Both the position numbers and the translations under genes were made by a program. A DNA stretch of 45,134 nt from Cryomorphaceae bacterium. GTDB taxonomy: Bacteria > Bacteroidota > Bacteroidia > Flavobacteriales > BACL11. Where the stretch lies: the NCBI GenBank assembly GCA_949511925.1, contig CATEYX010000039.1, positions 1-45,134 on the forward strand, in the 5' to 3' direction. Positions 39,001-45,134 of the stretch are shown here, in pieces; the first letter of the stretch is position 1, and each line of letters starts with the position of its first letter. Below the pieces are notes generated by a model. The model had not been told where the DNA came from. It did no database searches and was given only the letters and a program-made list of their open reading frames with translations.

Positions 39001-42000
39001 TTTATATAAGTAGGTATTGTACTATTAGCATTGTTCCATAAATAAGTATATGTAGGAATAGATCCTGAAACACTTACAGTAGAACTTCCTCTATCTCCAC
39101 CTTTACATAATAAATTAGTTGTATTAAATCCACTAATGATTAATGGCGTTGGCTCTGTTAAATTAATAGAACCAATCGCAATACAACCATTAGGATCGGT
39201 TACAGTAACTGAATAAGGAATCGCCTCTAAACTAACTGCAGTATCAGTAACTGAACCATTAGACCAAAGGTAAGAGTAAGCTGTATTACCTCCAGATACA
39301 TTAACTTGTGCAGCTCCATCAGTTAATCCATCACAAGAGATATTGTTTCCACCAATATAAGTATGAATATCAAATGAATCAATAAGTAAAGAATCTGGTT
39401 GACTAAGAAAAATATCAAATGAATCCAAACAACCATGATCATCAATAACAAATGCTTCATAGTATTTTGATGCTAAACCAGAAAACACAGAATCTATTGA
39501 AGTAGGATTAGTAATTGAAACATCTTGTAACCAATAAGTATAATTACGAGTTCCTCCTATAGCATTAATTGTCAACTCTCCATCTAAACTACCATTACAA
39601 CTAACATTATATCCACCAATATAAGTTAGTGTATCGAAATGAGTAATTTCTAACAAATCTGGTTCTGTTATTATATGAAAACTAGAATCAACACAACCAA
39701 AATTATCTTTTAATCTAATATTAATTATATCTCCTGGACTTAATAAAGAATCAGAAGGAATATATCCTGTTACAAAAGAAGTTAAGTTAAAATCATAAAA
39801 AGTATACGGAAATGATAAACTACCATTTACTGAATCAACTATACCAATGTAAGAACCGTCATGGGCTCCAAAACAACTTACATTAGTAAAAGAACTTGAG
39901 TCTAGAGAAGGGTTTTGTCCATTTTGAATAAAGACAGAATCATTTTTTGTACAACTATTTATATCAGTAATCGTTAAGTAATACATTCCAGAAGTTAATG
40001 AAGAAATGTTTTGGTTAGTAGTACTGAACGGATTTCCATTTGCATCAGAACCATTCCACATATAAGAATGTGCTCCTACACCCCCTAAAGAGGTTAACAG
40101 AATAGAACCAACTGGACTCGTGTACTCGCAACTATCAATTGCAGTAATTGATGTTACCCAACTAATAGAATCCGGAGAGGTAACTTCAATAGAATCAACA
40201 GCTATTGGTAAACAGCTTAAAGAATCTTGAACACTTAAATAGTACATTCCAACTGGCAAACCACTTACTAAATCAGCAGAATTATTAATAATACCGCCTA
40301 AGGAATTTCTCCAAATATAATTATATTGTCCTGAATTACCTCCGAAAATAGTATCTACAAATATTACACCAGTACTATCACCATAACATAATGTTTGAAA
40401 TGAGCTTAAAGTAAATTGCATAGAATCAGGCTGCACAACTGAAACTGCAACCGTGTCATAACAATTAGTAAATAAAGGAGTAATGCCATTAGGACCACCA
40501 AACATGTTAGGACTAACAACAATATTATAATTTCCAGCTGGCAATGAACCTCCTGATTGTAAGAAGTTGTTATTACCAACATCACTAATTGCAATATTTT
40601 GAGGTCCGAGTGGATTTACAGTATAAGCCTCAAATTGATTGTTATTTGGGGATTGTAATTCATTAAATCCATCTGAAACATGAAGAATAATAGAATTTGT
40701 CATATCACCAAAACAAGCTAAATCCAATTGAGATAACGCTAGATCTACTGATGCAACCATACTAACAGAATCGCCAACAGTAATTGGGTAGCTCATACTG
40801 TTACATCCTTGTGAACCTAGAGGGTTTGCATATAGTTCAACACTTAATTCATAACTACCAGAAACTAGACTATCAAAAGTCATAATTGTACTTATATTAG
40901 TGTTTTGCACTAAAGCACCAGAAAAATCATATGAACTATTATAATTAATTAATGTATCGTTATTTGTAAGATTTTCTAAAACAACCTGACTTAACAATAC
41001 ACCATTAGTATTAATAGTAATCTCTCCATTATCAATTCCATTACATGGAACTAAAACATTTATAGGGTCAACTAAAATAAAGGAAGAATCAACAAAAGTT
41101 GAAGCAGTGAAAAAACAACCCATAGCATCTGTTACCGTTACATTATATTGTCCAAAAGATAAATTTTCTATTGTATCGGTACTCGTCAAAGGACCAGAAC
41201 CTACAGGGCCAGTCCAAGTATAGGTATAAGAAAGCGAACCACCACTGACATTAGATACCCATGCTATCCCATTATTTAAGGAGCAATTTTCATTGATAGA
41301 ATCAATATCATAAGTGAATAATGTTGGTTCAAGAAGGATAACATTAGAATCTGCTGCAATACATCCGTTTGCATCAATTGCAGTAATTGCATCTGGGCCA
41401 TTATTTGTATTAAAACCACAAACTCCTGTTGCTTGCACAACATTTGGAGTGGTATTAGTAGTAAAAATTGAATTTGCAATCCAATAATCTATTGAACCTA
41501 CTCCACCAATTGGAGTAACAACTATATCTCCGTCACATACACCTGGGCACGAAACATTAAAAGCATTAGGCTTTAAAACTGGAACTGCTAAAATTGAAAA
41601 TACTTCTGGCTCATAAATAGTAATATTTGAAAATCCTAAACATCCAATTGCATCTAGTATAGTATCAAAATAAGTAATTCCTCCTTCTCCTATTGTTTTT
41701 CCACAATAAGAATCTCTTATAGTATCAACAAAAATGGTAGCACCGCCAATGGAATAAGGAGCACCAGCTCCACCCTGCATATTGTTAATAGTAATCTCAC
41801 CATCACACACAGCATTACAACTAGTCTGAACACCATTGTAATCAAATGCGGTTAAATCAAAAGTAACAGGATCTAAATCAGTTAATGTATCACTAGGTAA
41901 ATTATATTCACAACCATTAACATCTCTAACTCTAATGTTTGTATATATACCATCAGGCAAGCCGTTTAGGACAACAAATGTATTTATGAATGTAATCCAA

Positions 42001-43079
42001 ATAGAGCCCCCGTTTGGAGTGTATTGAAAAGGACCTCCTGATCCTTGAAAAGCAGGGCTTAATGAAACTGTAATCGAACCATCATTGTATCCATCACAAG
42101 TAGGGTTAACGTGTGTTGAAGTTGCTCGTAATTCATTGGGCTCTATAAATGTAAATACTTCACTAATTGTATCACACCCAAATTCATCAACTACAACTAT
42201 TTGATAACTCCCAGACTCTAAGTTAGGAATTGCCATAGGTAATGGCGTAAACGCAATAGTATCAATACCGTTAGGTCCAGACAAAATAATAGTATAATTA
42301 GGGGCAGGCTGAACACTACCACCTGTAATACTAGTAATTGTTATTTCACCATCATCAGCACCAAAACAACTAATAGCAGAAGTTATTTCAGCATCAATTT
42401 TAATAGTGTCAGGAGCTAAAACATCATGTGCTACTGAGACTATTGGGCAATTCGTAGGGCCAGTAGCATCAACAGTATATGTTCCAGCAGCGACTGTTGT
42501 TGGGAATGTATATACTGTATCAAATTGCCCTAAAAGCGTAGGGCCATTAATATTATTACCTAACGCATCATATAACCACACTGTATAAGGTTGAGTATAA
42601 CCAGTTAAGGAAACTGTAACTAAAGCATCTGGTGAATTCCAACAAGATAATGTATCGTCAAAAACGGATAATACTAATGGATCTGGTCCTGCAATAGGCT
42701 GTAACATTGCACTAAAAATACATGGGTCATTTGCAGGAAGACTAAAAAGCTGATTATATGGAGGAGAACATGCTGTATCAACTAATAAAACTCTATACGT
42801 TCCTGGACTTAAATTTACAAAAGAATAAGTTAGTACCTGAGTATTCAAAGCCCACTGCCCAGAATAAACAGAATTAAAATTAGTAAATGCATTCATACTT
42901 TGCAATACAATATTGCATGTAGCATTATTGGGGTTTAAAATATTTACTTGAATATCTGCTGAGCCTCCAGGACAATCGATAAAATCAGTAATAAGAATAT
43001 TATCAATAGTTTGTCCGTTCGTTTTATTGGAAAAAAGTGCAAAGAACACTACACACACAATTAGTAAAAACTTTTTCAT
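36066..43079 (-). CDS. Giant SprB-repeat surface protein/adhesin with gliding-motility-associated (type B) T9SS C-terminal domain
   Basis: Signal peptide; many repeats of (V/I)SC.G..DG.I.....GG..PY.Y.W...L..G.Y.V.V.D.NGC......EP; CTD ISPNGDGYNDTW..VFNRWGQL..GTYYYII. Confidence 0.92.
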   Translation of the reverse strand: MKKFLLIVCVVFFALFSNKTNGQTIDNILITDFIDCPGGSADIQVNILNPNNATCNIVLQSMNAFTNFNSVYSGQWALNTQVLTYSFVNLSPGTYRVLLVDTACSPPYNQLFSLPANDPCIFSAMLQPIAGPDPLVLSVFDDTLSCWNSPDALVTVSLTGYTQPYTVWLYDALGNNINGPTLLGQFDTVYTFPTTVAAGTYTVDATGPTNCPIVSVAHDVLAPDTIKIDAEITSAISCFGADDGEITITSITGGSVQPAPNYTIILSGPNGIDTIAFTPLPMAIPNLESGSYQIVVVDEFGCDTISEVFTFIEPNELRATSTHVNPTCDGYNDGSITVSLSPAFQGSGGPFQYTPNGGSIWITFINTFVVLNGLPDGIYTNIRVRDVNGCEYNLPSDTLTDLDPVTFDLTAFDYNGVQTSCNAVCDGEITINNMQGGAGAPYSIGGATIFVDTIRDSYCGKTIGEGGITYFDTILDAIGCLGFSNITIYEPEVFSILAVPVLKPNAFNVSCPGVCDGDIVVTPIGGVGSIDYWIANSIFTTNTTPNVVQATGVCGFNTNNGPDAITAIDANGCIAADSNVILLEPTLFTYDIDSINENCSLNNGIAWVSNVSGGSLSYTYTWTGPVGSGPLTSTDTIENLSFGQYNVTVTDAMGCFFTASTFVDSSFILVDPINVLVPCNGIDNGEITINTNGVLLSQVVLENLTNNDTLINYNSSYDFSGALVQNTNISTIMTFDSLVSGSYELSVELYANPLGSQGCNSMSYPITVGDSVSMVASVDLALSQLDLACFGDMTNSIILHVSDGFNELQSPNNNQFEAYTVNPLGPQNIAISDVGNNNFLQSGGSLPAGNYNIVVSPNMFGGPNGITPLFTNCYDTVAVSVVQPDSMQFTLSSFQTLCYGDSTGVIFVDTIFGGNSGQYNYIWRNSLGGIINNSADLVSGLPVGMYYLSVQDSLSCLPIAVDSIEVTSPDSISWVTSITAIDSCEYTSPVGSILLTSLGGVGAHSYMWNGSDANGNPFSTTNQNISSLTSGMYYLTITDINSCTKNDSVFIQNGQNPSLDSSSFTNVSCFGAHDGSYIGIVDSVNGSLSFPYTFYDFNLTSFVTGYIPSDSLLSPGDIINIRLKDNFGCVDSSFHIITEPDLLEITHFDTLTYIGGYNVSCNGSLDGELTINAIGGTRNYTYWLQDVSITNPTSIDSVFSGLASKYYEAFVIDDHGCLDSFDIFLSQPDSLLIDSFDIHTYIGGNNISCDGLTDGAAQVNVSGGNTAYSYLWSNGSVTDTAVSLEAIPYSVTVTDPNGCIAIGSINLTEPTPLIISGFNTTNLLCKGGDRGSSTVSVSGSIPTYTYLWNNANSTIPTYINPNDIVLSMDDTTAFADTLRAGWYTVEIWDMNGCYISDSVELTEPIISITIDSLIVSQMTCFSYNNASVDVIATGPQPTPYLYSVYDEFNPANILQGNIGLTTGLSSGNYVALVEDNLGCLDRDTFMINPLDSVYIDTVVFNNVSCNGFNDGYIQNIVPMGGTAPYEYSINGGPHFSSWLCTTNPNTCPTGYIFSGLAAGIYDVEIWDANGCANSYKITINEPVQMTVSITTNSYNNYQILCNGDTDEAVVNVSGGLSPYTLDYGSILLTNNLGSFNPSGILAGVYTFTITDNNSCTYMETVTFNEPNLITFNPIITDVFCQDSCTGEITAIVAGGVGLGNGLNYTYQWSDVNGIIPSGISYNINDLCEGDYTIVATDANGCTGSLTSAIGANALQINIPFSVITNLNCFEDCDGSVDINVSGGVPASSGSAYTYLWDDILSQTNQTAIGLCQGLYNCTVTDMTGCVVTNSIPFIVTQPDEFDASIVLSSPIQCNGGNGDLSITTIGGTNPIASYEWSDGTTTNSLSSVIAGNYTCFVEDNNGCTDTAHYNLIEPSILTVLGSDIVKSDVKCKGGSTGEIQIMGSGGTPIPGIPGKYNYELYDINGILVASISNELLAEFTGLSTGIYFIKVIDNNNCSYTTSNLFIGEPDNDLEITIDFYDETCLLNDAYAVVYPIGGTPVYSFDWDNSGASSNAQQILSAGENTAHTVIVTDDNGCEVSETITLLGYKNVFLPNNYNYYNTSICLGETINIDIDDKLGLTYAWTMSNGAVVATTADLTLMTDSSFSPIEILTLTITDPDCGGSHSIIATINIDDLDPQCSSDKLTILLDQSVTLSEIGPVNFNTYEWTNSVGESLSNSSSFTYTPEKSDWYNLYVTNGICKGYCSIYITLGVIPVDAISPNGDGYNDTWYIQDLERYPNAIVKVFNRWGQLLLESDGPSYPNNDFDWTELPVGTYYYIIDLGNGDSPQTGPITIIK

Positions 43080-43170
43080 AAAAATAGAATTTAATTTAAA
43101 TTTTAATTCTGCGCAAGATACAAATTTTATGATAACAGATAAACAAATGATATATCGAAAAAAACAATAT

Positions 43171-43195
43171 AAAAAAAGGAGGTAAATACCTCCTT
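43171..43195 (-). terminator. Intrinsic terminator downstream of DUF420
   Basis: Stem AAGGAGGT/ACCTCCTT with 4-nt loop followed by a T-run on the minus strand, about 25 nt after the stop. Confidence 0.8.
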
Positions 43196-43220
43196 AAATT
43201 TTAAATAAAATAACTAATTA

Positions 43221-43754
43221 CTAGTAGTATGGAGACATTAAAATATACACCAGTACTCCTGTAATAGCAACATACATCCAAATCGGAAATGTATACTTCA
43301 CTATTGATTTGTGTTTTTCAATCTCACCTGTCATTCCTCTGTAAATGGAAAAAAGTGCCAAAGGCAAAACAAGAACAGACAAAATAATATGGGAAATAAG
43401 AATGAAAAAGTAGATGTATCTGATCAAACCCTCACCCCCAAAAGGGACTGGTGCATTTGTAAGTTTTGAAGTAACATATGATAACAAAAATACAGATGAT
43501 AGAACAAAAGCTGAAAGCATTGAAATCTTATGTAAATTGGTCTTTTTGTTTTTTATTAGAATAAATCCTGTGAATAGAAGTACTGATGTTGAACCATTCA
43601 AAATAGCATGAAAGAAAGGTAAAGAACTAAAATCAATACTTTCAGATTCTATGTGAAATACATCAGGAAATATCATTAATAAAGCAACTACAATAGGTAT
43701 AATTATTGACAAAGTAATAATTAAAGGAACAAAAAAGGAGTCTTGTTTTTTCAT
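43221..43754 (-). CDS. DUF420 family membrane protein (YozB-like, oxidase-associated)
   Basis: LPFFHAILNG, HKISMLSAF.LS..FL..Y, YFFILISHI.LS, TFPIWMYVAITGVLVY..MSPYY. Confidence 0.9.
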   Translation of the reverse strand: MKKQDSFFVPLIITLSIIIPIVVALLMIFPDVFHIESESIDFSSLPFFHAILNGSTSVLLFTGFILIKNKKTNLHKISMLSAFVLSSVFLLSYVTSKLTNAPVPFGGEGLIRYIYFFILISHIILSVLVLPLALFSIYRGMTGEIEKHKSIVKYTFPIWMYVAITGVLVYILMSPYY

Positions 43755-43760
43755 ATTTTT

Positions 43761-44657
43761 TTACTGAATTAAAAATTTATCTAACACATAAACGATTTGC
43801 ATTAAAGGCAAATAAACAAAAGAACTTAGCATTAGATTTCGAGCTGTTACATCATCACAATTTTGATATAGTTTTACTGCTTTAAAAGTAAACCAAATCC
43901 CCAACAAAAACACAGTAACTGCCCCATAAACTGATAGGGATAATAAAGGGATTTCCCATAGGAAAGGAACAACAGAAATAACGGTCATAAGCATAGCAGT
44001 AATCACGCCAATAAAAGCTGGATACTTTCCTTTTTCGCCTCCTAACATCATTTTAAAACCTGCTTTTTTATATTCGGCATCTTGCACCCAAGCAATAGCA
44101 ATAAAGTGTGGATATTGCCAAAAAAACTGAATGGCAAAAAGTGTACCTACCGCAATACCAAAATCATCAGTTGCCGCAACAAAACCTAATAAAAACGGAA
44201 TAGCACCTGGGACAGCACCCACAGTAATTGAAAAAGGTGAAATCCTTTTAAGTGGTGTGTACGCTAAAACATACAACACCATAGAAAGCAAACCAAAAGC
44301 ACCTGATTTTGACATCAAACCAAAGAAGCTACCCAGCGGATTAATATGGTTTAAAGCAAAGATACCTAAAGCACCAAGAAGTATTGAGAATATAAATGCT
44401 TGTGTAACCGACAAATTACCTAATGGCAGAGGACGATCAGCAGTTCGCTCCATAAATTTGTCGTGTTCACGCTCGATTACCTGATTAAAACCATTAGCAG
44501 CACCCGTTACCAAGAAACCACCAATAACTAATAAGCTAAAAGTAGTGATATCAAAAGTATCAACTCCTAATAAATAACCAACTATAGCCGAAAAGACAAC
44601 AGTAATTGACAGCTTGAATTTTAAAAGCTGTCCGTAATATTTAAGATTTGAACTCAG
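43761..44657 (-). CDS. cyoE: Protoheme IX farnesyltransferase (heme O synthase)
   Basis: NGFNQVIEREHDKFMERTADRPLP, YTPLKR, VGAVPGAIP, FFWQYPHF. The open frame extends upstream of the listed TTG through KFKLSITVVFSAIVGYLLG; start uncertain, inferred as CTG 44657 (or ATT 44660). Confidence 0.9.
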   Translation of the reverse strand: MSSNLKYYGQLLKFKLSITVVFSAIVGYLLGVDTFDITTFSLLVIGGFLVTGAANGFNQVIEREHDKFMERTADRPLPLGNLSVTQAFIFSILLGALGIFALNHINPLGSFFGLMSKSGAFGLLSMVLYVLAYTPLKRISPFSITVGAVPGAIPFLLGFVAATDDFGIAVGTLFAIQFFWQYPHFIAIAWVQDAEYKKAGFKMMLGGEKGKYPAFIGVITAMLMTVISVVPFLWEIPLLSLSVYGAVTVFLLGIWFTFKAVKLYQNCDDVTARNLMLSSFVYLPLMQIVYVLDKFLIQ

Positions 44658-44668
44658 AATTTTGCTGC

Positions 44669-45085
44669 TTAGCAGATGTTATCGAAACAATCTTTTAAAT
44701 TATCAGCAATCATTTCAGCTGACCTTCCTTCAATATGATGACGCTCGATACAGTGCACTAATTTACCATCCTTAAATACAGCAATGGCTGGTGATGAAGG
44801 AGGAAACGGAGCCATATATTCTCTGGCTTTAGCAACAGCACCAATATCTTGACCTGCAAAGACAGTTGCAAAAGTATCTACTTTTTTATCAAATTGAGTT
44901 GTCATTTTAACGGCCGGACGTGCATTACCTGCTGCACAACCACACACTGAATTCACCATTACTAAAACAGTTCCTTCTTTTTTATCTAATAAATCCGATA
45001 CAGCTTCAGCAGTTTTTAATTCAACAAAACCTACTGAGGTTAAATCTTCACGCATTGGAGCGCACATTTCTTCTGGATAATTCAT
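44669..45085 (-). CDS. BrxA/BrxB family bacilliredoxin
   Basis: YPEEMCAPMREDL, VNSVCGCAAGNARP (CGC motif), TVFAGQD, PPSSPAIAVFKDG, IERHHIEGR. Confidence 0.93.
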   Translation of the reverse strand: MNYPEEMCAPMREDLTSVGFVELKTAEAVSDLLDKKEGTVLVMVNSVCGCAAGNARPAVKMTTQFDKKVDTFATVFAGQDIGAVAKAREYMAPFPPSSPAIAVFKDGKLVHCIERHHIEGRSAEMIADNLKDCFDNIC

Positions 45086-45134
45086 AACAATTAATTTTTG
45101 GTAAAAATACGCTTATTTACCTTTTGTTTTTAAA

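Noticed and set aside
43176-43195. Terminator stem made of a perfect Shine-Dalgarno (AAGGAGGT) and its anti-SD complement (ACCTCCTT)
   Set aside because: No start codon at SD spacing on either strand; it lies ~100 bp from the SprB-like ATG and is fully explained as the DUF420 terminator
4069-44484. Many short ORFs in the track that are antisense to, or out of frame within, real genes (e.g. 5150-5458, 5823-6164, 13404-13754, 17068-17475, 27090-27470, 44131-44484)
   Set aside because: They overlap well-supported genes, have the Ser/Phe/Ile-rich composition of shadow ORFs and show no recognisable motifs
43761-44513. cyoE as an N-terminally truncated pseudogene
   Set aside because: The reading frame continues upstream without stops and encodes the expected first TM helices; a non-canonical start is the simpler explanation
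1-45134. CRISPR arrays, tRNA/rRNA genes, IS elements, integrases, prophage or defence systems
   Set aside because: Intergenic gaps are short (largest ~270 bp) and I saw no regularly spaced repeats, cloverleaf motifs, or transposase, integrase or phage ORFs; a covariance-model scan was not run

Overview
Gene-dense, AT-rich bacterial chromosome segment from a Bacteroidota (Flavobacteriales-like, probably marine and compact) genome. The assignment rests on recurrent TAnnTTTG promoter motifs, a T9SS PorP/SprF gene, a type-B CTD cargo protein and Bacteroidota-type operons. There are about 41 CDS, mostly housekeeping: radA (partial), a divergent tyrosine-catabolism cluster (hmgA-hppD / fahA-flavin-reductase-like) flanked by bcp and sod, an exbB-hyp-exbD-exbD motor operon, dusB, lolE-like, rbfA, msbA-like, hflX, two secreted amidohydrolases, trpS, plsC, gatC, LD-carboxypeptidase, a short metG, a secreted esterase, yraN, an S4-domain pseudouridine-synthase homolog, AsmA-like, an orphan histidine kinase, msrBA, hemW, a DUF1972 glycosyltransferase, porP plus a 2337-aa SprB-repeat protein, DUF420, cyoE and brxA/B. 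I saw no rRNA, tRNA, CRISPR, phage or transposase, and I cannot demonstrate a wholly new system from sequence alone. The best leads are: (1) an intact RluB-like protein whose catalytic motifs are degenerate; (2) a giant T9SS surface protein with about 34 O-glycosylation sequons confined to its N-terminal two-thirds, next to an orphan glycosyltransferase; (3) several apparently leaderless promoters, including a 38-bp back-to-back pair; (4) cyoE needing a non-canonical start codon and joined directly to DUF420; (5) a tyrosine pathway without maiA, with a flavin-reductase-like gene coupled to fahA. All product calls come from motif recognition by eye, not database searches.
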